From assembly GCA_009914755.4 (NCBI GenBank), contig CP086569.2:3456001-3520000 (forward strand): DNA of 64,000 nucleotides. Reading direction: 5' to 3'. Within the stretch, counting starts at the first letter, position 1, and every line of letters begins with the position of its first letter. The notes beneath the pieces are model-generated. The model did no database searches. It had not been told where the DNA came from and saw nothing but the letters and a program-made list of their open reading frames with translations. The stretch is from the human T2T-CHM13v2.0 reference genome, Homo sapiens. A program made the position numbers and the translations under genes. This document shows, piece after piece, positions 1 to 11,855 of the stretch.

Positions 1-32
1 GATAAAATACATAAATTTTCACTCATCTCACC

Positions 33-47
33 AAAAAAAAAAAAAAA
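33..47. repeat. poly(A) run (A15), probably the tail of an element lying upstream of the window
   Basis: Homopolymer A run read directly; the element it would belong to is outside the window. Confidence 0.6.
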
Positions 48-734
48 GATTTGAAAGATGCCGTCACAACAATTGTGCTTCTCAGAACATTTATTCAATT
101 TCAAATTCTGGCTTCGGCACCTTTTGTCTTTAAGACAGACTGCCCCTCGGCTGGGACAGAGAAGTTCATATGGACACCTGGGCCCAGTGCACCCTTGGGC
201 TCTAGAGGTCAAGGGGGAAATCTGCAATATGATAGTGAGGGAAGTCATAGTCATCTGAAGTGATGTCTAGCACATCATCTCACTGCATATCATCACTCTC
301 CAAACCACTGTGGATCATCTTGGGTTAGGCCAAGCTGATGTATGAAAGTTTGACGACCAGATAGTCTTTCTGTTCACAGCTTTGGTGTTTGTAGAAAAGT
401 CCTCTTCACTGCCTCCATCTCCACCACTACTGCTATATTCTTCATTCTCTGTCATCTGAGCATGAATGTGGAATGAATCCTTTACGCTTCTTTCACTCAC
501 CAGCTGACAGTAGCTTGGTTTGGCATCACTCAGATTTCCATATTGTTGCATTCCATGTCCTGATTATGAAAACAGTCATAGCAAAAGTGCTTGGGCTGTC
601 ATTGATTCCATCAAGGTTGATTGTGTCTTTGAAGACAATTTCATTTTGGATATTGACTTGGACTTCTATCCTGCTGCATTTTCCCTAGATACTGTAAAGA
701 ATCTCACCATTTAGTATGCTCCATGGGAGAGTTG

Positions 735-2876
735 TGAAGATGGTTGTATAATAAAAAATAATGATATTATGTAATGATAAAGGAATCAACTCATCAAAAG
801 AATATAACAATTGTAAATATATATGCACTCCAACTTTGGAACACCTAAATATATAAAGTAAATATTAATAAACATGAAGAGAGAGATAGACTATAGTATA
901 GTAATAACAGGGAATATCAATACCCCATTTTCAACAAGGAACAGATCACAGACAGAAATCAATAAGGAAACAATGGACTTGAACTATACTTTAGGTCAAA
1001 TGGACCTAAAAGGCATATACAAAACCTTCTATCTGATAGCAGCAGAATATATATTTTTCTAAAGCACACATGGAACATTCTTCAGGATAGGTCATATGTG
1101 AGGGCTCAAAACAAGTCTTCATAAGTTTAAGAAGATTGAAATTATATCAAGTATATTTTCCCATGACAATTGTATAAAACTAGAAATCAATAATAGGAGA
1201 AATATCAGAAATTCCCAAATAAGTGGAAATTAAACTACATTCCTCTAAGTAACCAATGAATCTAAAAACAAATTAAAAGGGAAACTAAATAATATATTCA
1301 GACAAGTGGAAATGGAAACACAACGTACCAAAATATACAGGACTCAGCCAAAGCAGTTCTAAGAAGGAAGTTTATAACAATAAATGCCTACTTCAAAGAA
1401 AAAAAAAAGATCCCAAATAAACCACCTTACGTTAGACATCAAGAAACTAGAAAAAGAAGACACAACCAAGTGCAAATTTAGTTAAAGGAAGAAAATAATA
1501 TAGCTCAGAACAGAAATGAATGACATACAGACTAGAGCCTTAATAGGAAAAATCAATAAAACTGAGTTGGGTTATGAAAAGATAAAACTGACAAACATTT
1601 AAACGGATTAACTAGGAAAAAAGGAAAAAGAATATAAATAAATTTAGAAATGAAATAGATGACATTACAACGGATATGCCACAGAAATAAAAAGGAGCAT
1701 AAGATACTATGAATAATTATACACCAACAAATATGATAATCTAGAAGACATAAATAAGTAACTATAAACATAAAACTTACCAAGGGTAAATCATGAAGAA
1801 ATAGAAAATCTGAACAGATCAGGAATGAGTAAGGAGATGAATTAGTAATAAAAATTTTCCTATCAAACAAAAGTACAGGATTAGATGTATTTACTGGTAA
1901 ATACTCCCAAACATTTAAATAAGACTTATTGCCAATCATTCTCAAACTTTTCCAAAAAAAAATGAAAAGTAGGACACACTTCCAAACTTATTTTATGAGG
2001 CCAGAATTACTGTATAACAAAAGTCAGACAAGAAAAGAACAATAAGAAATTAAGAAGAGAAACTAAAAGAAAAGAAAATTACAAGCCAGTAATTCAGATG
2101 CAATAATTCTCAATTAAACACTGAAGAACTAAATTCAACAGCACATTAAAAGGATAATACATCACACTGAAGTGGGATTTATTCCTGAAATACAAGGATG
2201 TTTCAACAAAAACAAATCCATAAATGTGATGTACCACATTAACAGAATGAAGGACAAAAAACATAATCATTTCAATAGATGCAGAAAAAAAAATCAGAGA
2301 AAATTCAACATCCCTTCATGATAAAAACCCTTAATGATTTAGGTGCAGAAGGAATATACATCAATAAGGGACATATATGAAAAGCACCCAAGCTCACATC
2401 AGACTCAATGGTGAAAAATTGCAAGTTTTCTAAGATCAGGAAAAAGACAAGGATTCCCCCTCTTGTGATAAGTATTCAACATTGTGCTGGTAGTCTTAGA
2501 ATAATCAAGAGAGAAATAAATGAAATTCAAATTGGAAAAGAAGATGTTATGATCTTATATCTAGAAAACCCTAGCCACTCACCAAAAAGCTGTTAGATGT
2601 AATAAACAAATTCAGCAAAGTTGCAGGAAACAAAATCACCATACAGAAATCAGTAACATTTATTCCCTGAAAACAAACTATACGAAAAAAAGTCAAGAAA
2701 GCAATTCTATTTACACAAGCAAAATGTAATAAAATAAAATATGTAAAAATAAATTTAACAAATAAAGTGAAAGTGCTAAACACTGAAAACTATAAAACAT
2801 TGATGAAAGAAATTAAAGAAGACACAAATGAATGGAAATATATAGGATGTTCACAGATTAGAAGAACTGATATTTG
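735..2876 (+). mobile_element. L1 (older L1PB/L1MA-like) ORF2 fragment, part 1 of a 5'-truncated L1 (here called L1-W); endonuclease and RT domains
   Basis: + frame translations match the L1 ORF2 consensus. ORF 874-1062 matches the EN domain (...HYIM.KGSIQQE..NIYAPN...DFNTP.S..DRS). Further RT-region matches run through ...KYLGI.LTK.VKDLY.ENYKTLMKEI..DTN.WK.I.CS.I.R..I up to 2876. Confidence 0.85.
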
Positions 2877-3577
2877 GGGCTTTGCTCCAGATTAGGCTTT
2901 GGCTTAAGTGAATGTTATGCCTAGTTTGATCTTCTGTCAGACCAATCAAACTTTCTCCATATAAGCAATAAGGCTGTTTTGCTTCCTTATCATTTGTATG
3001 TTCACTGGAGTAGCACTTTTAATTTCCCTCAATAACTTTTCCTTTGCATTCTCAACTTGGCTGACTGTTTGGCTTAAGAGACCCAGCTTTTGACATCCTT
3101 AGCTTTTGATTTAAAGTGAGATATGTGCAAATCTTCCTTTAACTTGAACACTGAGTCATCATTGTAGGGTTATTAATTGGACTAATTTCAATATTGTGGT
3201 GTCTCAGGGATTGGGGAGGCCTTAGGAGAGGAAGAAACACAGGGTAACAGCCAGTAAGTGGAGCAGTCAAAACACACATTTATAGATTAAGTTTGCCATC
3301 CTATATGAGTGTGGTTTGTGGTGCCCCAAAACAGTTACAATAGTAACACCAAAGATCACTGATCACAGATCACCATAACAGATAGAGTAATAATTTAGAA
3401 GTTTGAAATACTGTGATAATGTACAAAATGTGATAGATAAAAAGTGAGATCATACTGTTGGAAAAATGGTGCCAACAGACTTACTCAACACAGGGTTGCA
3501 ACAAACCTTTATTTTCTAAAAAGCAGAGTATCTGAAAAGTTCAATAAAATAAAGCACAATAAAATGAGATATGTTTG
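2877..3577 (-). mobile_element. Tigger1 (pogo/TcMar-Tigger DNA transposon) 5' terminal fragment of about 700 bp, containing the terminal inverted repeat and the CENP-B-like N-terminus of the transposase
   Basis: The reverse complement of 3300-3577 reads like the Tigger1 terminus (caggcatacctcgttttattgcgcttcgc...ggtttgtggcaaccctgcgtcgagcaagtctatcggcgccatttttccaacagcatgtgctcac...gtgatctgtgatcagtgatctttgatgttactattgtaactgttttgggg), degraded by mutation. It continues into an ORF resembling the Tigger1 transposase start (M..KCSS.RKS.T.LTLNQKL.M.K...). The element ends internally at the junction with L1 at 2877. Confidence 0.8.
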
Positions 3578-3633
3578 TATTCAAAGAAATAATGCCTAAA
3601 AATTCTCAAATTTGGTGAAAGAGATAAACCTAC

Positions 3634-4587
3634 TGTGGGGAAAGGAAAGAGAGATCAGGCTGCTTCTGTGTCTATGTAGAAAGAAGTAGACATAAGAGAC
3701 TCCATTTCGTTCTGTACGAAGAAAAATTCTTCTGCCTTGAGATGCTGTTAATCTGTAACCCTACCCCCAACCCTGTGCTCGCAGAGACATGTGCTGTATT
3801 GACTCAAGGTTTGGTGGATTTAGGGCTATGCAGGATGTGCTTTGTTAAACAAGTGCTTGAAGTCAGCATGCTTGTTAAAAGTCATCATCACTCTCTAATC
3901 TCAAGTACCCAGGGACACAATACCCTGCAGAAGGCTGCAGGGACCTCTGCCTAGGAAAGCCAGGTATTGTCCAAGGTTTCTCCCCATGTGATAGTCTGAG
4001 ATATGGCCTCCTGGGAAGGGAAAGGCCTGACCATCCCCCAGCCCGACACCCGTAAAGGGTCTGTGCTGAGGAGGATTAGTAAAAGAGGAAGGGCTCTTTG
4101 CAGTTGAGATAAGAGGAAGGCATCTCTGTCTCCTGCTCATCCCTGGGCAATGGAATGTCTCGGTGTAAAAGCCGATTGTATGTTCCATCTACTGAGATAG
4201 GAGAAAACCGCCTTAACGCTGGAGGTGAGACATGCTGGCGGTAATACTGCTCTTTAATGCATCGAGATGTTTATGTATGTGCACATCAAAGCACAGCACC
4301 TTTTTCTTAAGACATTTGTTCACATGTTTTCCTGCTGACCCTCTCCCCATTATTACCCTATTGTCCTGCCACATCCCCCTCTCCGAGATGGTAGAGATAA
4401 TGATCAATAAATACTGAGGGAACTCAGAGACCCGGTGTAAGCGTGGGTCCTCCGTATGCTGAGCGCGGGTCCCCTTGGCCCACATTTCTTTCTCTATACT
4501 TTGTCTCTGTGTCTCTTCCTTTTCTCAGTCTCTGGTCCCACCAGATGAGAAACACCCACAGGTGTGGAGGGGCAGGCCACCCCTTCA
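3634..4587 (+). mobile_element. Solo LTR of HERV-K (HML-2), LTR5 family (LTR5A, 5B or 5Hs not resolved), flanked by a CCTAC target-site duplication (3629-3633 and 4588-4592)
   Basis: It starts tgtggggaaaggaaagagagatcaggctgcttctgtgtctatgtagaaagaagtagacataagagactccatttcgttctgtac...ttcttctgccttgagatgctgttaatctgtaaccctacccccaaccc... It then runs through ...ctaatctcaagtacccagggacacaa...ctgcagggacctctgcctaggaaagccaggtattgtccaaggtttctccccatgtgatagtctga... and ends ...cacccacaggtgtggaggggcaggccaccccttca. This is the canonical LTR5 structure, about 955 bp, with TG...CA ends. No internal HERV-K sequence or primer binding site is adjacent, so it is a solo LTR. Confidence 0.85.
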
Positions 4588-4593
4588 CCTACA

Positions 4594-5927
4594 TATTCAG
4601 TAATCTGAGCAAACCCCAAACAAAAATTCCAGCCAAGACTCATCCTACTTAAACACCTGAAAGCTAAAGGCAAAAAAAAAGTATTGAAAGCTTCCAAAGA
4701 GAAATATTTTTTTTTCAGGATTTGTGTTAGGTAAAATATTAAGGACAGATTAGGACAGAAATAGGTAAGAGAAAAATGAGAAATAAGTGAACATAGAAAG
4801 AGAAGAGAACAGCATTACTAAGATTTCAAAGTTCAAACAGTACTTCAGATACTAGAAATTTACAATAGTTGAGGAAAAAAAAAAGGATCAAATACTTAGG
4901 GAAACCATTAACACATGGTCAAACCAAACCATAAAGACTAATATATTTGAATAAATAAGATTAAGTACTTTGACCCTAATAGCTCCAGCAATCTTGAGCA
5001 AGAAGAATAAAGCTAGCGGCATTATACTTCTTAATTTTAAATTATATTACAAAGCTATAGTGAGCCTAACAGCATAATTTTGACATAAAAAACAGATACA
5101 TAGACCAACAGAACATAATAGAAGGACCAGAAATAAACCCACACATATACAGTCAACTAATCCTCAATGAAGGTGCCAAAAATACAGAATGGAAAAAGGT
5201 TAGAAGTTTCAGTAAGTGGTGTTAAGAAAATGACATCCACATGCAGAACAATGAAATTGAATTATTATCTGACACCATACACAAAAATCAACTCAAAATA
5301 GATTATAGACTAAACTTGAAGACCTGAAACTAAATCTCCTAAAAGAAAACACAAGGGAAAAGTTTCATGACATTAATCCTGGCAATGATCTTTTGGATAT
5401 CACACCAAAAGCAAAGGCAACAAAAGCAAAAATAATCAAATGTGACTATATATGCACAGGAAAGGAAACAGTTAACAAAATGAAAAGGCAACCTACAGAA
5501 TAGAAGAACTATTTACAAATTATGTATCTGATAAGAGGTTAAAATTCAAAACATGTAAGAAGCTGTTACGACTGAATAGCAAACAAGAAATAACCTGATT
5601 TTGAAAAATAACCATAGAATCTAAATAGATATTTCTCCAAGAAAGACATACAAATTGTCAACAGTATCTGAAAAATTGATCAAACACCATTAATCATTAG
5701 AAAATGTAAATGAAAAATATAATGAGATATCACCACATACCTATTAGGAAGACTATTATCAAAAAGTCAAAAGATAGCAAGTGTTGAAGAGGATGTGAAG
5801 GAAAGGGAAACTTTACGTATTGTTGGTGAGATTGTACATTAGTATAGCCATTATGGAAAATGGCATAGAAGTTTCTCCAAAAATTAAAAATAGAACTCTC
5901 ATATGATCCAGCAATCACGCTTCTGGG
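4594..5927 (+). mobile_element. L1-W ORF2 fragment, part 2 (C-terminal third of ORF2)
   Basis: Translation matches L1 ORF2 (...GIILLNFKLYYKAIV...PEINPHIYSQLI...K..SFSKWC.EN...). It continues exactly where part 1 stops, once the LTR5 target-site duplication is allowed for. It ends ...DPAI.LLG at 5927. Confidence 0.85.
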
Positions 5928-6380
5928 TGTTAGGTTTTGAAGGGAAGGTGAGGGTTAAAGAAAGACACACACACAGAAAGAAGGTGGCTCGGCAGCAAAT
6001 GCAGTCTTTAAGTTCAGCATAAAACCTACAGAAGTGGGGGACCAGCCTAATGACAGTGCCCACCGCTGGGGTAATTTCTAGGTATGGGCAGGAGGGGTCT
6101 GGGCAGTATGGCTTGCTGCCCGGCAGGATACTGATAAGATGTTCCCATGATGAGGTGGTTCTGGCCCTTGTACCGGTAGAATGTGGTGCTCCTCCTTGTA
6201 CTTTCTCCCAGCAGAATATGATAAGAGGCAGGCTGTTTCTTCATTTGGGCCTTTGTCCACCTTGTGGTCAGGTGGTTAGGCAGGTTGTTTCTCACGGCCC
6301 GAACCCCAGTGAAATGTTTCACTTTGACTGAGGCCTGCTAAATAATGGGGAGCTTATAAAATGGTGCACTTTGGACTAAC
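5928..6380 (-). repeat. 3' LTR of the class I ERV provirus (453 bp)
   Basis: Shares with the LTR at 13567-14010 the 135-nt block tgttaggttttgaagggaaggtgagggttaaagaaagacacacacacagaaag...cagcaaatgcag...ataaaacctacagaagtgggggaccagcct and the ~180-nt tail gatgaggtggttctg.ccc...ttgtactttctcccagcagaatatgataagaggcaggct.tttcttca.ttgggcctttgtccaccttgtggtcaggtggtt... to ...ggactaaca. The two copies differ at many sites, including indels. Confidence 0.85.
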
Positions 6381-8300
6381 ATTCTTGCCTTTTACTTTAA
6401 TATAAAAGAAAGTGGGGCATTTTTGGTTATCTGGCTGTTTCCTGCTGAATAACGGCACTGTAATCAGGGTTTGGGTTTTGAAGTAGTGGATGTCTGACTT
6501 CAGAGTTGTTTTCCTGGAGGTGCTGACACCAGACTTGGCGGAGGAGAAAGATGGTATCAATTGTTTTTGGGTGGCTGCCTAGACAAGGGAGTTCAGCCTT
6601 TGGGAGATAAAGTAGAATATGAAGGCGATTATACATGGACCGATTGTTATTATTATGAGGAAGAAAATCAGGGGCCCTAAGAAAGGGGGATTCACTTTAG
6701 GAGGAATGACTCCTGCCACTAAGAGTCAGTGTCATGATGTTGGATTTCTGCAGCCGTTATGGAGTCTGTGGGCTGTGCAGTTAACAATGCCAGATTCATT
6801 AACCTAAAAACAGATTCTTCTTGGAGATATACTTATGTACCCCCCCCCTTCTCAGCAGATAGCAGGTTTAAGGCCCTTTGGTTTTGGAAGATGACTCCCA
6901 CAAGGAAATTTATCTGCCTTTGGAGTCTCGTAATGGAATTATACATGTCCTTTAGGGTATTATAGAGGACTGTAGATATTTTTTTATAGGGCAGTTGAGG
7001 TTGATATATTTGCTATTCTGGTAGCAAGTGCAGAGGAGATGTGTATTCCTGTTTCCAGAGGAATGAGATGTAGAAACCACATAGTGCATGTGGAGGAAGA
7101 TGAGACAGAAGTTACTAAAGGAACCTGGATGGGCTGGTTGTTTGGCAAAATGTTAATGTTTGGAGATTGACAAACCAGGGTGCACATTCCTGACCCACCT
7201 GCCAGTAAGCAAGATAAGAGTTTGTGTCACCCAGAAAAGACTGGAGGTTGACAGGCAAAAGTTGTAAGTGAAGGTAGCAAGCCATGAGAAGGTGGCAGTT
7301 GAATCCTGGAAAAAATTTTTGTCTCAACCTTTTTGTTTTTTCTAGGTTGAATAGCTGTTAACAACAGTAGCCACTATGAGAGCCTGATAGGGAATGTTGG
7401 TGGAGAAGGAGGTGAAGGCTGTTTGGCTTTGTAGAGAGAGAGATAAAAGAGCTTTTTAACTAATAGCCATTGCAGTCCTGATAGGGCAGAAGGATGTAGG
7501 CTGCAGTTGAGGGAATTGTTTGTGCATTTCTTTCAGAGTGTCTGTGAGTTGGATACATGGAGAGCAGCTGCAGCAGAGAGGGGAGAGATTGGTAAGGGGC
7601 GTTTTATGGAATCCGGCTTGTAACATGTTTAATTTAGAGGCCATGAGGCAAAGGAGGGTGACAGCCCTGTGCGTGATGCTGTGGGTGGATTTGCGGGAAT
7701 CGCGTTTAGCCAAGCAAGATTATAAACAGGTTTTGGGAATGGATTGGCTGAGTAGGTGAGATTCGGATTTATTTTTGGATCAGATTTATGCAGTTAGGTT
7801 AACCGGAGGGCTGTGAACTGCTGGATTTGTGTCAACAACAAATTTAACAGTTGGAAGAAAGAAGGGAGTGTGACTGATTTAAGAGGGGATGTGTGAGGCT
7901 GACAAAGGGGGCCCAACTGCCAGAGGTTGGGAGTGGGGACTTACAGTATCCCACAGACAAAGAGGACAAAAGGAGAAAAAGGAGATTTGAGTAGGAGTGA
8001 AATTTTGGAATGTGTCCTGCAGCCATAGCTCCCAGATTATTGTGAGAAATTGGAGTGGACTCTCCAGGGACATGGGAAAGGGATACCAGGAAAGATCTGA
8101 AACAAGGTATGAGATAATAGATTTGAAATTAAAGGCAGAGAATGTTATGGATCAAGGCCTTCTGGATTGGCAACTTCTGGAATTTCTGTTGAGTGCAGAG
8201 AGGTTGGTCCTGTGAGAGAGGGAGAATAATTTGGTGGGGGCGGGGGGGTGGGGGGGGAGGAAATTTCTGGATGTGGATCTGGTTCTCTTTTTAGTTTGGA
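6381..8300 (-). pseudogene. Presumed env region of the ERV; heavily degenerate, no clean SU/TM motifs recovered
   Basis: Called from its position between the integrase and the 3' LTR. The short - strand ORFs here show no recognisable immunosuppressive-domain signature. Confidence 0.35.
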
Positions 8301-8977
8301 ATGATGTATCCAGTGTGGAAGGGATGTTAGCTTTGTTGTTGTGGGATTAGCTAGGATAACCTGGTGAGGACCCGTACACTTAGGTTGGAGAGGGGAGGAG
8401 GAAGAGTCTGCGATCCAGACCCAGTCCCCTGGTTGTAGGGAGAGGGAGGGGTATTTCGAGGATGGACTTTCAGGCTAGGGCAAGTAAACATTTGCATACT
8501 GTCTTATTAGATGTTGAGTGAAGTGTAGTGCTGGCCAAGTATCTGGTACAGAAGGGGAAGAAGAGACAGGGAGATTCTGGAGGATAAAGGAGTGTTTGTA
8601 CCTGAGTTTAAATGGGCTTAGGATGAGGGGCTTTTGGGGAATGGCTTGCAAGGGCATGAGGGCCAATAGGAGAAGTGAAGTCCAGCCATTTTAACCTCTA
8701 GAGAATCTGGTTAGTTGTTGTTTCAAAAGGGCATTGGTCCATTTAACTTCTCCTGAAGATTGGGGGCAATAAGGAATATGGAACGCTATTTAATGTTTAG
8801 AGCCTTCGCCAGCTGTTGGTTAATCTGTGAAACAAATGTTGGCCTAATGGAAGAGGGGAGTTTAAACTGGGAGATAATATGGGTGAGAAGAATGGAAGTG
8901 ACAGTGTGTGCCTTTTTGGTGGTGGTAGGAAAAGTTTCTATCCATCCAGAGAATGTATCTATTATTGTCAGAAGGTA

Positions 8978-9256
8978 TCAGACTCGTTTTATAGGAGGCA
9001 TGTGTGTGAAGTTGATTTCCCAGTCCTGCCCTGGCAGGTGTCCTTGAGCTTGGTGTGTGGGGAAGGGAGGTGATTTGATACCTTCTTGAGGAGAAGTCTG
9101 AGTGCAAAGGGAACACGCGTTAGTAATATTTTTGTGATTGGCGGCCATGATGGGAGAATATATATAAGTTTTTAAAAGCTGGAGTAGGTGGCAGTAAACC
9201 ACATGGAAATGGTTGTGCGTATATGAAAGTACAGAAGGTTTCTGGGAATTGGGCAA
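8978..9256 (-). pseudogene. pol integrase N-terminal remnant of the ERV (zinc-binding region and start of the catalytic core)
   Basis: ...HNHFH...KNITNACSLCTQTSPQEG...GHLPGQDWEINFTHMPP matches MLV integrase ...KNITETCKACAQVN...GHRPGTHWEIDFTEIKP. Confidence 0.75.
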
Positions 9257-9265
9257 GACAATTTG

Positions 9266-9715
9266 TCATTGAGGTAGAACCATTTTTTCCTGAACAACAC
9301 CAGCCTGGGCAAATGAGGTTTGTTTCTCCTGGGTATATATAGGGTGTATGCTGGGAAAAATGGGCAATAATAATGGGGTTTTAAAGGCTGCCTGCTGGGG
9401 TGCTGAATTTGTTAAAAAGTTTCCCGTGGTTATGGCATCTGTAGCCTTTTGGTGTTCCTTACAATAGAAAATGGCAGCCTGTGGTGGTAGTTTAGCCGCC
9501 TCCAGCAACTTGTAAATGAGTTTGTTATTTCCTATGGGGGTACCTTTTGTGGTTAGAAAACCCCTTTCCTGCCAGATTAAGACATGAGAGTGTAGGATGT
9601 GATATGCATATTTGGAATTGGTGTAACTGTTAAGCCTTCTTCCCTTGCTAGGGTTAGGGCCTTGGTTAATGCAACTAGCTCCACCTGTGAGAGGTAGTAT
9701 GGCGTGTGAGAGCAT
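9266..9715 (-). pseudogene. pol RNase H and connection remnant of the ERV
   Basis: ...AIFYCKEHQKATDAITTGNFLT... resembles the gamma-type RNase H C-terminus ...IIHCPGHQKG..AE.RGN..AD. Confidence 0.65.
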
Positions 9716-10155
9716 TGGATTTTATGAGTGAGAGAGCTCAGACTTGGAGATGTTTACAGGGAAGAGGGTGGCTGGGTTGAGAGCTTTACATCTCTGGAAG
9801 GTGATTAGAGGGTTTCCTATGAATAAGGCGTGTACCTGCAGTAAGCGGGATGGTGGGAAGCATAGAAGGCATTGATGGCTCATGAGTTCCTGTAGGTTAT
9901 GGGAAGATGCAATAGTAATGTTGTTGGTAGAGAGTGAGTTTCTGTGCCTCTGAGGCAAACAATGTGGCCACACTCAAGATTTTTAAGCGGGGCGGCCAGC
10001 CTTGGATGACATAATTCAGTAGTTTTGAGAGGTATGCAGTGGCTGTATGTTTGGCAAAGTAGTCCAAGAACAAGGTCTTAGTTAGAATATACATACAGAG
10101 TAAGGGCTTGGTGCGGTTGGGCAGTCCCAGTGCTGGGGCTACAAAAAGGGCATTT

Positions 10156-10665
10156 TTAATTTTTTTTACAGTTGTAGTTGATGGGGCAAGCTGAATCAAG
10201 GGGTTTTGTAATGGGTCTATGTGAGGCTGTGTAGAGCAGCTTGGCCAGTATGTCGAAATTGGGAATCCACAGCCAGAAGTATCCCATAAGGCCCAAGAAG
10301 GAGAGGAAGTGCTTCTTTGTGTGGGGAAGGGGTATGTCCCAAATTAGCTCCTTTTGTTGGGTTCGGATGGCCCGAGAATTAGGGGTTAGGGCAAGTCCAA
10401 GGTAAGTGACCTGGGTTTGGGCTACCTGAAATTTTGTGGGTGAGACCCCATATCCTTGACTATGGAGGAAGTTTAAAAGCTGAGTGGTGTATAAGATGGA
10501 CAGGTGAAGGGAGGGGCTACAGAGAAGGAGGTTATTGATGTATTGGAGGAGGGTGCTAGAGGCAAGGGGAAATTTAGTTAGGCCCTTGGTGAGGGCCTGC
10601 CTGAATAGGTGGGGACTATCCTGAAACCCCTGTGGGAGTACAGTCCATGTTAGTTGGGTGGACAT
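10156..10665 (-). pseudogene. pol reverse transcriptase remnant of the ERV
   Basis: Starts MSTQLTWTVLPQGFQDSPHLFRQAL..., matching the gammaretroviral YTWTRLPQGFKNSPTLF. Carries a degenerate YXDD box (YINNLLLC). Confidence 0.8.
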
Positions 10666-11317
10666 GTGAGTATAAGGATTTGACCAAGTGAAAGCAAAAA
10701 GGCTTTGGGGTGCCAGATTTAAGGGAATAATGAAAAAAGTGTTCTTTGGTTCTAATACAGAGAAGTGTGTGATAGATGGAGGAATAAGGGAGAGTAAATA
10801 TATGGGTTGGGGACAACCAGATGAATTGGCACCACCACCTGATTAACAACTCAGAGATCCTGGACCAAGCAGTAGGACTCATCTGTCTTTTTGACAGCCA
10901 AGATAGGGGTGTTGTGAGGAGAGTTGACAGGCTTGAGAATTTGAGCTTGTAAAAGTTTACAGATGATAGGTTTAAGGTCCCAGAGGCTGGCTGGGTTAAG
11001 GGAATATTGAGACTGATGAAAAAAACATGGAAGGGTTTTGGAGGGTTATTTTGACTGGGATGTGATGTGTGGCTATTGTGGGTTTAGAAACATTTTACAC
11101 TTCAGGGTTAACAGAAGCTAACAGGGCAGATAATGAGGATGAGGGGGAGGAGAGGGAAGCATCTGCATGGCAGAGTAAAATAAAAAAGGTAGAATTGCAG
11201 GAGGCAAATTGTCTGGAGGCCTGGAACTTACTTAGTAGGTCTCACCCCCAAGATAGGGGAAGGGCACTGAGGGATAACCAGGAAGGAGTGGGTGAAGAGG
11301 GTGTTGAATAGGTTGCA

Positions 11318-11620
11318 TTATAGAGGACCAGTCTGTTTGTGCCTAGAGGGGATTCCATTGACTCCCACAATAGAGATAGAAGAACTGAGGAGGGGTACAG
11401 AATATTCTGGTAAAACTGAGTAACTAGCCCCCATATCCAATAGGAAAGACATGGGCTTACTAGTGACTGACAGCGTTACCTTGGGTTCCGTGGTGGTGAT
11501 GGCAGTGGGGACAGTGGGGACAGTGGATTCCGGGCCCCAGCATTCTTCAGTTAGAGGTGATGAAGTGGGATGATGAGTTTTGCAGAGCACAGTCCGACTT
11601 CCAGTGTTCGTTGATGCCAT
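11318..11620 (-). pseudogene. Retroviral protease remnant of the ERV; active-site motif FLLDMGASYSVL, that is DTGA with T mutated to M
   Basis: ORF track translation: ...KVTLSVTSKPMSFLLDMGASYSVLPEY... Confidence 0.7.
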
Positions 11621-11855
11621 GGATGGGGTAAGGTTTTGAGAGTGGCCTGGGATTAGAGCAGGCTTTTGCCCAGTGACCCTGTTGGCTGCACTTCAAACAG
11701 GTTTCCGGCAGAGTTTGTGGTAAGGTTGAGGATTTCTGTATGCATTGGGAACCCTGTTGTTTGGCAGCTGCCAGCGGTTGGTATTTAGCTCGGTCTGTTT
11801 TAAGCTTTTGGGTTTTCAGTTTTTCCTCTCTATTGTTAAAGACCTTGAAGGTCAC
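11547..11855 (-). pseudogene. gag remnant of the ERV: nucleocapsid with a CX2CX4HX4C zinc knuckle (CLKCSQQGHWAKAC, around 11658-11699) and a degenerate second box
   Basis: ORF track translation: ...ETCLKCSQQGHWAKACSNPRP...HWKSDC... Confidence 0.75.

Noticed and set aside
6047-6331. ORFs of 91-93 aa on both strands (6047-6322 -, 6050-6331 +), with a similar 81-107 aa pair at 13703-14026
   Set aside because: Both lie inside the non-coding LTRs of the provirus. The same ORF appears in both LTR copies because of the duplication, not because of selection.
7456-7713. Minus-strand ORF inside the provirus env region, considered as a TM immunosuppressive-domain remnant
   Set aside because: No CX6CC or LQNRRGLDLL-like motif was recoverable in any frame, so env is annotated only by position.
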